Origin: a virus
DNA: 64,000 bases
Direction: 5' to 3' (one strand)
Virus record (IMG/VR): IMGVR_UViG_3300017744_000003
Location: 1-64,000 of that record
In this document: piece after piece, positions 40,398-50,196 of the stretch
Position numbering within the stretch: position 1 is the stretch's first letter
Layout: the number at the start of each line of letters is the position of its first letter
Position numbers and translations under genes: made by a program
Notes under the pieces: generated by a model
Seen by the model: only the letters and a program-made list of their open reading frames with translations
Databases searched by the model: none
Told to the model about the DNA's origin: nothing

Positions 40398-40432
40398 AAT
40401 CTATTGACGTTTTAGAGGCAACCGCTTAAGAC
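40390..40432 (+). promoter_or_regulatory. candidate replication-operon promoter with adjoining repeat unit
   Basis: ATCGATAAAATCTAT (identical to 55381-55395) abuts TTGACG at 40404; weak -10 TAAGAC at 17 bp. Confidence 0.5.
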
Positions 40433-40465
40433 TTTGTTTATCAAGGCAGATACAAAGGAGATAAC

Positions 40466-40681
40466 ATGGTTCGCCTAGACGGAAAGAAAAACAAGTTGTT
40501 GATCGACTTGAAGCACCCCACCGGTCAGCAACTTGCTGAAATGATTCTACAAGCAGTCTTTCTCTATGGAGCAGAGACAGATCAAGACCGAGCTATCCTG
40601 CGTCAAATGGCACGTATGGTTAAAGGTGAAGAGCCTAAAGCTAATATTGATCTTAAAGACTACTTGAAGGGATCAAAATGA
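40466..40681 (+). CDS. small hypothetical protein
   Basis: AAGGAG RBS; ATGA overlap with next gene. Confidence 0.65.
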   Translation: MVRLDGKKNKLLIDLKHPTGQQLAEMILQAVFLYGAETDQDRAILRQMARMVKGEEPKANIDLKDYLKGSK

Positions 40682-41538
40682 TTGAGTTCACAAACCTTTC
40701 TCAAGAAGGCTTTATGCCCATCAGTAGAGTGTTTTTAACTAACTACAGAAAGTTAAATATCACGATGGAAGAGGCAATGTTGGTACTTCATTTATTAGAT
40801 CATTCTTGGTTTGGTAATCGTGAATTCCCTAGTGCCGAATACTTTGCAAAGAAGAGTGGTAAGAGTGGACAGACTGTTAGAGCTTACCTTAGATCACTGA
40901 GTCATAAAGGTTATCTAGTCCCCATTCGTACCGAAACCGGAGACAAGACTTATGACTACACACCACTCCTTGGGTCTCTAAAAGACCTGGCGGGTGTTCC
41001 TGTGGCAGAGGAGGAGGTGGTTCAGCCTATACACGACCAAGACAGTAAGGTTGAACCCGACCCCCTAAAGACTTTGATTGACGCTTCTTTAGACATGGCT
41101 AAAGACAAGTCTAAAAAAAGAACTCCAATACAAACAAAACCACAGCATTGGAGAAGGCTTCAAGCCTTTAACGATAAGACTCCGGAGCAGTACAACGCTA
41201 AAGACATTGAGTTTGTTTTAGCTCTTGAGTGGAGAGAGAAGTGGAAGTCACCTCCTCCAAAGTTTTTTGGACGAGACTTGAAACACGCAAAAGACCTAAT
41301 CAGTATCTACTCTCCCGAGGTCGTTACTAGCGTGGTAAAGCAGTGTGTTAAAGAATGGGAAACAATCGCTCCACAGTTCAATATCAAGGGTTATCCTAGT
41401 ATGCCCATATTTTGGGGTTTTCGTAACTCCATATTCCCTTTAATCATAGATGGTGCTCTCCAAACAAAAGCGACTTGGGGTACCCAGTTTGACTCAAACA
41501 CAGATAGCCGCCCAGAAGGTGGTGAGATAGGTTGGTAA
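40678..41538 (+). CDS. replication initiator-like protein (DnaD-N/winged HTH)
   Basis: FLTNYRKLNITMEEAMLVLHL, FPSAEYFAKKSG--TVRAYLRSLSHKGYL, YDYTPL; upstream of loader/helicase. Confidence 0.75.
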   Translation: MIEFTNLSQEGFMPISRVFLTNYRKLNITMEEAMLVLHLLDHSWFGNREFPSAEYFAKKSGKSGQTVRAYLRSLSHKGYLVPIRTETGDKTYDYTPLLGSLKDLAGVPVAEEEVVQPIHDQDSKVEPDPLKTLIDASLDMAKDKSKKRTPIQTKPQHWRRLQAFNDKTPEQYNAKDIEFVLALEWREKWKSPPPKFFGRDLKHAKDLISIYSPEVVTSVVKQCVKEWETIAPQFNIKGYPSMPIFWGFRNSIFPLIIDGALQTKATWGTQFDSNTDSRPEGGEIGW

Positions 41539-41539
41539 C

Positions 41540-41827
41540 ATGAGCTACACAGACGAACAAAAGATTGGTTCTACTCCTAAAGGCAACTACGATAATCAGT
41601 TAGATCGTTTATATGCCATGAAGATTTCAATAGGATCGCCTCACAGTACGATTTACGTTTATGACGCAGTAAGAGGCGGCAAAAGAGCAACGCTAAGAAG
41701 AGAAAAGGTACATACAAACGACACCGCAAGACAAGCAAGACAGTTAGCCTTAAAGTTTAAGATTCTCCGACAAAGTATTGAGGTACATTATGAGAACGGT
41801 AAACCCAAAACCAAGACAGTTAAGTGA
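41540..41827 (+). CDS. hypothetical protein
   Basis: ORF filling the operon gap. Confidence 0.5.
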   Translation: MSYTDEQKIGSTPKGNYDNQLDRLYAMKISIGSPHSTIYVYDAVRGGKRATLRREKVHTNDTARQARQLALKFKILRQSIEVHYENGKPKTKTVK

Positions 41828-42413
41828 AGAAACGCTACAGCGTATGAACATTGGTCGGCGCTTTTGGAGCGCTGATATGACTCAAGTAGATGAGTCAACG
41901 TCAAAGGCTATCTTTAGGCGTTATGTTATGGAACTAAAGTCAAACTACGATCAAGGCTGGGGCATCTTCTTGTACGGCGGTAATGGTGTTGGTAAGACCC
42001 ATGCTTCTTGCGCTATGTTAAAAGAGATACAGAAGAGAGGTTATTCCACTTACTGTGTATTAGCTGACGTTCTTAAAGTGGCGTACATTGATGGGCAGCG
42101 GTTTGATCAAGACAACTCTGTAGTACAGAGAGTAGAATCAGTAGACTTCCTTCTGTTAGAAGATCTCGGTAAAGAATATTCCGGTAAGGGCAGTGGGTTC
42201 GCTGAACTCTGTTTTGAGAATATGCTGCGTAAACGCTCTAGGGAGTGCTTACCTACGATTGTGACTACCAACCTATCTCCTAATGCTTTTAAGGAGCGTT
42301 ACAAGCAATCTGCGGCTTCCTTAGCTATGGAGTGTATGGTTGCGTGTGAGATGAAGGGTGAAGATCGCAGAAGAGGGCTTGGGAGCATTAAGACCCAGGA
42401 GATGCTTAAATGA
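41790..42413 (+). CDS. dnaC: DnaC/IstB-like AAA+ helicase loader
   Basis: LYGGNGVGKT, LLLEDLGKE, PTIVTTNL, GEDRR. Confidence 0.85.
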   Translation: MRTVNPKPRQLSEETLQRMNIGRRFWSADMTQVDESTSKAIFRRYVMELKSNYDQGWGIFLYGGNGVGKTHASCAMLKEIQKRGYSTYCVLADVLKVAYIDGQRFDQDNSVVQRVESVDFLLLEDLGKEYSGKGSGFAELCFENMLRKRSRECLPTIVTTNLSPNAFKERYKQSAASLAMECMVACEMKGEDRRRGLGSIKTQEMLK

Positions 42414-42760
42414 TGAGGGGGCAGATAGCTAACACAGTAAGTCCTACTCTTTGGATTCATTCAGATTGTATTTTAGAATACAAGGGTAGAAGGTGGTTTA
42501 TTGGTACGAAGCAGTTCTCATTAAAGAATGAGAGTTGGCTCTGGGGTGTAAGTTATCTTCTTAGACCTGTGATCGTTTATATAGATGAACCTCCAAATAC
42601 CTTGTTAAGAGAATATGACCATTTAACTTTCGACACTTTTGCTAGTTGTCGAGAAGCGCTTAGGCGCAATCACCGAGCGGTAGAAATGGTAGTTAACGAC
42701 AGAAGTCTCGTTACTGACTGTACCGTACTTTTCACCTCAAGCCTCAGAAGATATTGCTAA
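42410..42760 (+). CDS. hypothetical protein
   Basis: AGGAG RBS, overlapping start. Confidence 0.6.
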   Translation: MMRGQIANTVSPTLWIHSDCILEYKGRRWFIGTKQFSLKNESWLWGVSYLLRPVIVYIDEPPNTLLREYDHLTFDTFASCREALRRNHRAVEMVVNDRSLVTDCTVLFTSSLRRYC

Positions 42761-42763
42761 GAC

Positions 42764-43990
42764 ATGGACATTGAAAAAAAGATAATAGACAAGTGCGCTG
42801 AGAGCCCAATCCTCTACGCAGAAGCCATAGACCAAGCGGTCATTCCCGAGATGTTTAGCGGTCAGTCTAAAGACATTTGGGAATACGCTATAAAACACAT
42901 GAAAGCACATGGTAGTGGACCTACCGACGAAGCAATTACTGTACAGTTCCCTGAGTACGTTTGGGACTTCCCTGCTTCAGAACCTTTATCTTACTATGTT
43001 GAGCAGTTGAAGCGTAAACATGCTTTCAACTTAACCTTGGTAGGTATTCAGAGTGCTTACGATAATCTTAACAAGCGTGAAGTGGAATCCGCTGTTGATG
43101 ATCTAAGAGACGCACTAAGGAAGATAGAGGACGCTACAGCAAGCGAAGCAGACCTCGATTGGGGAACTACAGCAGAAGATCGTTATAACGATTATCTTGA
43201 TATACAGAATAAAGGTGGAATTGATGGGTATAGAACACCTTTTGATACCTTAGACCAGGCTACCCAGGGTTGGCATGATGGTGAGTTTATCCTTGTTGTA
43301 GCACGACAGGGTGTGGGTAAGACTTGGTTGACCAACATCATGGCGCATAAGAACTACAAAGACGGTTTGAAAGTTCTTTATTTCACCAAAGAGATGCCTA
43401 GTAAGCAGGTTGCTAGACGTTTTGATGCTCTTGAGTACGAACTGCCCTACCAAGATCTTCGCTCAGGTCAGTTAAACTCTTTCAAAGAAGCAGAATGGAG
43501 GCAGAAGGTACAAGAAGGTTTACCAAAGGGGCAGCTTGTTATTGTGGGTGAGGAAACCGGAGGTGTGTCACAAGTTGCTGCAAAGATAGAAAGACATAAG
43601 CCCGACATTATCTTTATTGACGGTATGTATCTTATGGACGACGACCAAAGAGCTAGAGATAACTGGCTTAAGATCAGTAATATCAGTCGTGATATGAAGA
43701 GACTGAGCAAGAGAGTTATGATCCCTATAATCGCTACTGTTCAGTTTAATAGGAGCGCAGACAATTCAAAGGGTGACGCAAGCAATATTGCCTATGGTGA
43801 TATAGCTAAAGACGCTGATATTATCTTAGGATTGTTTCAAGACGAAGACCAAAGACTTGATAAGCGTATGACCTTACGTGTGTTAAAACAGCGTGAAGGC
43901 GCAAGACCTGAGATCGAACTTGATTGGGACATGGCCAACATGAAGTTCAATGAGGTTCAAGATAGTAGTGTGGGTACGGTGAACTTCTGA
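42764..43990 (+). CDS. dnaB: replicative DnaB-like helicase
   Basis: VARQGVGKT, FTKEM, IFIDGMYLM, QFNR, DADIILGL, KQREG. Confidence 0.93.
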   Translation: MDIEKKIIDKCAESPILYAEAIDQAVIPEMFSGQSKDIWEYAIKHMKAHGSGPTDEAITVQFPEYVWDFPASEPLSYYVEQLKRKHAFNLTLVGIQSAYDNLNKREVESAVDDLRDALRKIEDATASEADLDWGTTAEDRYNDYLDIQNKGGIDGYRTPFDTLDQATQGWHDGEFILVVARQGVGKTWLTNIMAHKNYKDGLKVLYFTKEMPSKQVARRFDALEYELPYQDLRSGQLNSFKEAEWRQKVQEGLPKGQLVIVGEETGGVSQVAAKIERHKPDIIFIDGMYLMDDDQRARDNWLKISNISRDMKRLSKRVMIPIIATVQFNRSADNSKGDASNIAYGDIAKDADIILGLFQDEDQRLDKRMTLRVLKQREGARPEIELDWDMANMKFNEVQDSSVGTVNF

Positions 43991-44958
43991 TGGATAAAGA
44001 GCAAGCAATCCTAGATATCCTACAAAAGTGCAATTTTAAGCCCCGAAGAGGATCTCAGAACCTATCTATCCCTTGCCCTCTTGCACCCTATACGCCTTTA
44101 CATAAAAACAACTGGGATAGCCATCCTTCTATGGGCATAAAAGTAACAGATGGCTCTGTTTTAGTTAACTGCTTCACCTGTCACTTTAAGAGTGGTCAAC
44201 TGAGTTATCTCTTCCATCGTCTCAACTCACATGATCGTAAATGGGGTGAAGCTCTTAATGCTGTCGTGGAACTAGAGTCTAAGTATCTATCTCAGGGCCT
44301 CGATAACCTCAAGTCTATGGGATTGTATGTAGACAAGAATAAGAAGTCGTCAGAACCTTTAAGTGAGGATCTCTTTAGCCCGTTCTCTCGACAGTTTGCC
44401 CCTTACCTAGAGAGAAGAGGCATAAGTATAGATACCGGCAAAAGATGGGGTGTGGGTGTCGATGTAAAACAAAAGAGAGCCGTTATCCCTGTGAGAGACT
44501 TTAGTGGTGCTTTATGGGGTGCGGTAGGTAGGAGTTATATTAACCAAAACCCCAAGTATATGAACTATTGGGAGATGAAAAAGGGAACCCAACTACTAGG
44601 CGCTCATCTCATAAAACAGTCTAAGACTACTATTGTCGTTGAAGGTAGTTTAGACGCTCTACTTACAGACCAGGCGTTGAGGTCTTTAGAACTTGAGGAC
44701 CAATACAACGTAGTGAGTATATTGGGTGCTAGTCTCAGTGAGAAGCAGGCAAACCTTCTAGTTCGTTGCTCTAATGATGTTATTGTAGCATTAGACGCAG
44801 ATGAAGCAGGACAGAGAGGTTTATTAAGAGCTAAAGAACTATTATCTACCCGATTACTCTCTAAAAAAGCCGACATAAGTACGGTCGGTAAAAAGGATTT
44901 TGGCGAATGCAGTTCTCAAGAGATCTTGGAAGTGATAAGCAACTCCGTCTTATTGTAA
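43990..44958 (+). CDS. dnaG: DNA primase (Zn ribbon + TOPRIM)
   Basis: CP...H...CFTC, YLERRGI, PKYMN, VVEGSLD, ALDADEAG. Confidence 0.9.
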   Translation: MDKEQAILDILQKCNFKPRRGSQNLSIPCPLAPYTPLHKNNWDSHPSMGIKVTDGSVLVNCFTCHFKSGQLSYLFHRLNSHDRKWGEALNAVVELESKYLSQGLDNLKSMGLYVDKNKKSSEPLSEDLFSPFSRQFAPYLERRGISIDTGKRWGVGVDVKQKRAVIPVRDFSGALWGAVGRSYINQNPKYMNYWEMKKGTQLLGAHLIKQSKTTIVVEGSLDALLTDQALRSLELEDQYNVVSILGASLSEKQANLLVRCSNDVIVALDADEAGQRGLLRAKELLSTRLLSKKADISTVGKKDFGECSSQEILEVISNSVLL

Positions 44959-44975
44959 ATAGTTGTTGAAAACTA

Positions 44976-45004
44976 TTGTACGTGACTAAGTTTTGTCTTA
45001 TAAA
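44976..45004 (+). promoter_or_regulatory. sigma70-like promoter upstream of ssb
   Basis: TTGTAC-17 bp-TATAAA; a 12-mer motif copy lies just upstream (44961-44972). Confidence 0.45.
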
Positions 45005-45039
45005 TATATCACCCAACATAGTTGATGAAAGGATCACAG

Positions 45040-45798
45040 ATGAGTTGGTATAATAACGATTCGGGCTTTGCCCAAAACAGTTCTAAAAACTATACAAGAC
45101 GTTTTTGGATGCCCAATAACACAGAGAAACTAATCACCTTCGTTGATACACCTATGGTTAACTTCGACGGTATTCAAGTTCAAACCCCCTTCAAGTATAA
45201 CGAGTATCAGTTACAAATGAATGGGAGTTGGAGAAACTGGTTTACACAGCCAATAGACCCAAGTGAAGACGTTCTTAAAGAGATGGGTTACAGAGCTTCT
45301 AAAGTTGCTGTTTTAACGGTCATTGACCATTCTCAATGGGAAGACCGTAATGGTACTGTACATAAAGATGAGTTGAGTCTTTATGTTGTAAAGCGGTCTT
45401 CACAGGTATGGAAGCAGATTGAGAAGTTTATGGCGAGAGGAGATGACCTCAGTGGTAAAACATACAACGTACACCGGATGGGTGACAAGTCACCTGGCAG
45501 TGGTTCAATGCTAGAGAAGTATGAGCAAAACTTCCAACTAGACCCTAACGTACACGTACCCTTCAACTATCTTGAGATCTTAAAACCAAAGTCTAAAGAA
45601 GAGATTGAAGCGTTGTTTAACCAAGGTAATGAAGACCCTTTTAACAGCCAACAAAACAATACGCAATCAGACGCAGCATGGGGCGCTCAAAAGCCTATAC
45701 AGTCTTGGGGTAGTAGTTCGCAGTCCAATACGCAAGGCGAGAGTCGAGTATTTGGCGCTACGTCTAGTAGCGGTGGTTCTGACCCTATACCCTTCTAA
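45040..45798 (+). CDS. ssb: single-stranded DNA-binding protein
   Basis: Between primase and polymerase; aromatic-rich core, S/G/Q-rich tail ending DPIPF. Confidence 0.7.
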   Translation: MSWYNNDSGFAQNSSKNYTRRFWMPNNTEKLITFVDTPMVNFDGIQVQTPFKYNEYQLQMNGSWRNWFTQPIDPSEDVLKEMGYRASKVAVLTVIDHSQWEDRNGTVHKDELSLYVVKRSSQVWKQIEKFMARGDDLSGKTYNVHRMGDKSPGSGSMLEKYEQNFQLDPNVHVPFNYLEILKPKSKEEIEALFNQGNEDPFNSQQNNTQSDAAWGAQKPIQSWGSSSQSNTQGESRVFGATSSSGGSDPIPF

Positions 45799-45874
45799 GT
45801 TACTTATAAAAATAGGTTTTCCAAACCGAAGAGATAACAGGGCGTTGTAAACTATACATATAACCCTTATCTTT

Positions 45875-45891
45875 AGCCCTTCGGGGCTTTT
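45875..45891 (+). terminator. intrinsic terminator-like hairpin
   Basis: AGCCC-TTCG-GGGCT-TTT (cUUCGg tetraloop) after ssb. Confidence 0.6.
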
Positions 45892-45908
45892 ACCATTTAA
45901 GGACCATC

Positions 45909-47735
45909 ATGCAGAGTTCTATACTCACAAGCCATAAGCATATAGAAGAAGTTCTTTCTTTCATATCAGATTACAATGAGTTTTCTTTTGATACAGAAAC
46001 CGACGGTCTATCGTTTGATAGGAAGTGTATTGGGTTTTCTTTCGGTATCAAGTGTAGAGGGGACTATATAGGCTGGTACGTACCTTTAAGACATGAAAGA
46101 GGAGAAGACCTCTTTTCAGTCGAACCAAGCAACGCTCCAATGTTAGAGTCGCGTAAGATAATCGACTATATTTTTAGCGAAGGGAAAACAGTCTACATAC
46201 ACAACGCTAAGTTTGACCTAAAAGTACTTCGTAATGAATCTTTTGATATAAGTAATTTTAAGGCAGAAGTCATAGATACAATAGCTGTTTCTTGGTTATT
46301 GAATCCGGAGCGAGAGGGAGGTCACGGCTTAAAAAACCTTGTTCCTTCTCTTTTAAGTAAGGAGATGGGTAACTTCAATCAGTTTAAGATGTACGCTAAA
46401 AACGCCTATGCACCCGTAGGTTCTATGGGTAAGTACGCCATCGATGACGCAGTGTTTCTGTTAGAATTAGCACACGTTATGTCTGCTGAAATGAGTGACC
46501 AACAGAAGAAGATTCTTTGTGAACTTGAAATGCCTATGATGTGGATTGTCGAGGAGATGGAGCATTATGGCTTCAAGGTAGATACCAAGACTCTTCAAAA
46601 AGCGGGTATGGCCCTAAAGAAAGAAACAGAGCACTTACAGGAGAACTTTAAGAAGATGTTTGGCGCTAGGGCTCTTATAGGTTCTACACAGTGGTTATCA
46701 GATAATCTTGTAGGTAAAATTTGGGGTAAACAAGGTAAGAAGGGAAAGAATGGTTGTTACTCTACAGGTAAAGATTCTTTGGAATCTTGGTCTTCAGGAG
46801 AGGCCCCAGGAACAACTGAAGTGGGTAAGCAGGTAGCAAAAGACGTTCTTAGGTATCGTAAAGTTTCAAAGCTATATTCTACCTACTGTAAGAAGTTAGT
46901 AGAGTCAGCAGATAAACAGGGAAGAGTTCATGGCTCTTTCAATCAATGGGGTACAGGTACAGGTCGTTTTAGTAGCTCTAATCCTAATCTACAGAATATA
47001 CCATCATCTCGTACTGAAGAAGGCGATTTGATTCGCAAGTCTTTTATAGCAGCAGAAGGGTACAAGTTGATTGTGGCAGATTATTCTCAAGTAGAACTGA
47101 GAGTCACTGCTCATCTATCCGGTGACCCCATCATGACAGAGATCTACAGAAATAATGGAGACATTCACCAGATGACTGCGGATGCTTGTAAATGCGCTCG
47201 TTTTGACGCTAAGGCTATTAACTTCGGCCTTATCTATAAGATGGGAGCAAAGACCCTTGCAAAGGCTATCAATAAAACCGAGCAAGAAGCGCAAGATTAC
47301 ATTGATAAGTATTTCCAAAACTATCAAGGTGTTGCTACGTTCCAAGATCAGTTAGTTGCTAAGTGCCGACGTAAAGGATTTACTTGGACGATCACAGGTC
47401 GTCATAGACCTTTACCCAATATTAATAGTAGCAACTTCGGGTTAAAGAATGGCGATGAGCGGAAAGCTATTAATACGCAAGTTCAAGGATCAGCCGCAGA
47501 CATTATCAAGATAGGCATGAGGAACTTCTATAAGGAGCTTAGGTGCCAGGGATATACTTCACATGACTTTAGAGTTATCGGTCAAGTACACGATGAGGTA
47601 GTGGTAGAGGCTAGAGAAGACATTGCTCAGAAGATTAGTGACACCCTGAGAGATAGTATGGAAAATTGTGTGGAACTCAATGTGCCTCTTATCGCTGAAC
47701 CATGTATTGCTGACTCTTGGGGAGAAGCAAAGTGA
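45909..47735 (+). CDS. polA: family A DNA polymerase with 3'-5' exonuclease
   Basis: FDTETDG, HNAKFDL, YAIDDA, TGRFSSSNPNLQNIP, ADYSQVELR, AKAINFGLIY, QGSAADIIK, VHDE; no 5' nuclease domain. Confidence 0.96.
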   Translation: MQSSILTSHKHIEEVLSFISDYNEFSFDTETDGLSFDRKCIGFSFGIKCRGDYIGWYVPLRHERGEDLFSVEPSNAPMLESRKIIDYIFSEGKTVYIHNAKFDLKVLRNESFDISNFKAEVIDTIAVSWLLNPEREGGHGLKNLVPSLLSKEMGNFNQFKMYAKNAYAPVGSMGKYAIDDAVFLLELAHVMSAEMSDQQKKILCELEMPMMWIVEEMEHYGFKVDTKTLQKAGMALKKETEHLQENFKKMFGARALIGSTQWLSDNLVGKIWGKQGKKGKNGCYSTGKDSLESWSSGEAPGTTEVGKQVAKDVLRYRKVSKLYSTYCKKLVESADKQGRVHGSFNQWGTGTGRFSSSNPNLQNIPSSRTEEGDLIRKSFIAAEGYKLIVADYSQVELRVTAHLSGDPIMTEIYRNNGDIHQMTADACKCARFDAKAINFGLIYKMGAKTLAKAINKTEQEAQDYIDKYFQNYQGVATFQDQLVAKCRRKGFTWTITGRHRPLPNINSSNFGLKNGDERKAINTQVQGSAADIIKIGMRNFYKELRCQGYTSHDFRVIGQVHDEVVVEAREDIAQKISDTLRDSMENCVELNVPLIAEPCIADSWGEAK

Positions 47736-49000
47736 ATGGCTGGTCGTTAAAAAAAGACGGATTTCTTCTTGATAAAGAAGCTCTTACTTTTGGTGAGGGA
47801 GACTTTAGGTGTGAAGTATACAAAGAATGTGAAGAAGGTCTACTTGTCCCTAGAGGTTACCAAGATTTTTCCCATGCTGATGATAGTGTTTCTCTAGGTG
47901 AACCTCTCTCCGAAATGACCCCTATCTCTCTTAGAGAAGAACAAGTACCCGCTGTCCAAGCCATCATGGACTTTTTGGACCGCCCAGGTAAGGGTGCTAT
48001 CTTGTTTGCCCCCTGTGGTAAAGGTAAGACAGTCATGGGACTTGAGATGATTAGGAGACTTGAGCGAAAGGCTCTCGTACTCGTTCATAAGTCTTTCTTA
48101 GTTGATCAGTGGATTGAACGTATATGCATGTTCCTACCTGATGCTAAAGTAGGTTTATGGCAAAGAGACAAGGTTCCTGTTGGTGATGAAGATATAGTAG
48201 TGGGCATGGTACAATCTATTATTAACACTAAAAGAGAATACCCCTCTCATTTCTATGAATCGTTTGGGACTATTGTGGCTGACGAGACTCATCGTTATGC
48301 AGCACCCCTTTGGCAAGAGGCTATTAGTCGGTTCACTGCTTCTTATCGTATAGGTCTTACTGCAACGCCAGAGCGTAAAGATGGCTTACACCATGTCTTC
48401 TATGCACACATAGGGCCTATCGTGTATTGGATGGAAGGTCATAAACGTCAACCATTGATATGGAGGATAGATACAGATACGACTTTTAATCTGCGTTCGT
48501 ATCTTCTTTATAATGGTGAAGTAAACACTTCTAAACTAGTTACTATGATCTCTAAAGATGAAAGTAGAACTGACCGCATAGTTGACTTTGCTTTTAGAGC
48601 TTTAAAGAAGGGTAGAAAGGTTCTTATACTATCTGAGCGCGTGGCGCATACTAAAGAGATGGTGGACTTGTTGAAAACAAAAGTAAGTGATGACTTTCAA
48701 TGTGCTCTTTATATCGGCGGTATGAAACAATCTCAGAGAGAAAGCGCTTCTCATGCTGATGTGATATGTGGGACTTACGCAATGGCACAAGAAGGTTTAG
48801 ATATCCCTACTTTGGATACCTTAATATTAGCCACACCTAAGACTAGTATCACTCAGAGTGTTGGGCGTATTCTAAGAGATTCTCCCGATAAAAAAGATCC
48901 GGTTGTGGTCGATTTTGTCGATCCTTTAATACCTATAATGAACGGTTATTGGGGAGCACGTAAGAGAACCTATACACAACTTGGTTATCTTTTCGTTTGA
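47732..49000 (+). CDS. superfamily 2 DExH helicase
   Basis: LREEQ, APCGKGKT, ADETH, LTATP, EGLDIP, QSVGRILR; GTGA overlap start. Confidence 0.92.
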   Translation: MNGWSLKKDGFLLDKEALTFGEGDFRCEVYKECEEGLLVPRGYQDFSHADDSVSLGEPLSEMTPISLREEQVPAVQAIMDFLDRPGKGAILFAPCGKGKTVMGLEMIRRLERKALVLVHKSFLVDQWIERICMFLPDAKVGLWQRDKVPVGDEDIVVGMVQSIINTKREYPSHFYESFGTIVADETHRYAAPLWQEAISRFTASYRIGLTATPERKDGLHHVFYAHIGPIVYWMEGHKRQPLIWRIDTDTTFNLRSYLLYNGEVNTSKLVTMISKDESRTDRIVDFAFRALKKGRKVLILSERVAHTKEMVDLLKTKVSDDFQCALYIGGMKQSQRESASHADVICGTYAMAQEGLDIPTLDTLILATPKTSITQSVGRILRDSPDKKDPVVVDFVDPLIPIMNGYWGARKRTYTQLGYLFV

Positions 49001-49025
49001 CATACTTCTCTAGGTGCCTTACTTT
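48997..49025 (+). promoter_or_regulatory. sigma70-like promoter
   Basis: TTGACA-17 bp-TACTTT upstream of AAGGAGGT RBS. Confidence 0.5.
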
Positions 49026-49044
49026 GGTTTTCAAGGAGGTTCTA

Positions 49045-49407
49045 ATGACTCTAAGAGAACTAGTGATTGAATATCACAAAACATTGCAAGATATTAAAAG
49101 TCTTGAAACAAGGAAAAAAGACCTAAAGTCTCGTATTGACTTGTCTTTATCTACACAAGATACTAACAAGTACCAAGACAGCCAGTATTCAGCAATCTTG
49201 TCTGAACATCAAAGAGTAAAGTATGACCTAGAAGGTATTGAGCACCTTCTTCTACATAAGGGTATACCTACTGCTAGGTTTTTAGAAAGCAAGGTTGACT
49301 TGAAGCGTGTAGAAGAACTTATTGCCGAAGGTTCTGTGGATGCTCAAGAAATTGCGGAGTATGCAGAGGTCAAGACCATAAAAACACTTACCGTGAAGGG
49401 ATCATAA
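49045..49407 (+). CDS. hypothetical coiled-coil protein
   Basis: AAGGAGGT RBS before ATG 49045. Confidence 0.65.
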   Translation: MTLRELVIEYHKTLQDIKSLETRKKDLKSRIDLSLSTQDTNKYQDSQYSAILSEHQRVKYDLEGIEHLLLHKGIPTARFLESKVDLKRVEELIAEGSVDAQEIAEYAEVKTIKTLTVKGS

Positions 49408-49979
49408 TGTCTGAGGACACAAAAAAAGTAAAGAGCCGTTCCAGTTATCAGCGTGAGTATTACTTAAAGAACAAAGAACGTATAAAGAACGCTCGTAGTA
49501 AGCGTTATGAAAACGATCACGAGTTTAGAGATCGTATCAACTTACAACGCAGAAAATCTCGCAACTTAAAAAGTATGGATAGCTATCAGTCGATAGGAAC
49601 TGTCAAGGAAGAAGAGGTAGATGTTTTGGAAGATTGCATGATGAAGGTTATGTCTGCGGATCGGAGTAAGAGTCACATATGCAAAATGTATTCAATCACC
49701 GGAGTGGCAATGCGTGTACGTGTTGATAAGAAGCGTTTAGAACATCTAATATACCAAGGTAAAGTACCTAGAGCCCGATACCGAAATATTAAAGGTTGGC
49801 GAGTGTACACTGAGTACGAACTTAAGGTTTTAATGAAGGCGTTTGCCCGATTTAGGAAGAAAGCAACTTTGAACAACTACAAGTTTAGATTCACTAAAGA
49901 AATGGCAGACTACATAAACCTTAAGTTCTCTAAACTTGTAGGTGGTATTCCAACCGATATGTACACAGACGAAGGATAA
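49407..49979 (+). CDS. basic DNA-binding protein with MerR-like HTH
   Basis: YSITGVAMRVRV...QGKVP...RNIKGWRVYTEYEL. Confidence 0.6.
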   Translation: MSEDTKKVKSRSSYQREYYLKNKERIKNARSKRYENDHEFRDRINLQRRKSRNLKSMDSYQSIGTVKEEEVDVLEDCMMKVMSADRSKSHICKMYSITGVAMRVRVDKKRLEHLIYQGKVPRARYRNIKGWRVYTEYELKVLMKAFARFRKKATLNNYKFRFTKEMADYINLKFSKLVGGIPTDMYTDEG

Positions 49980-49983
49980 AGAC

Positions 49984-50196
49984 ATGAATGACGATAAAGC
50001 AAAAGTTAAAGCATACGCTTCTCTCAAGATTAACCTTGGTAACTATGAGAGCGCAGGGATTGAAGCGGGTATCGAGCTTCCTTGCAATGTAGAAGATGTT
50101 CCAAAAGAGTTTGAACGCGCCTGGGCAGAAGTTTACCGCCAACTTGACTTAAAGGCGGAAGAGATACGTCAAGGACTGCAAGGTCGTAAGCCATGA
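49984..50196 (+). CDS. small phage hypothetical protein
   Basis: INLGNYES motif; AAGGA RBS. Confidence 0.65.
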   Translation: MNDDKAKVKAYASLKINLGNYESAGIEAGIELPCNVEDVPKEFERAWAEVYRQLDLKAEEIRQGLQGRKP

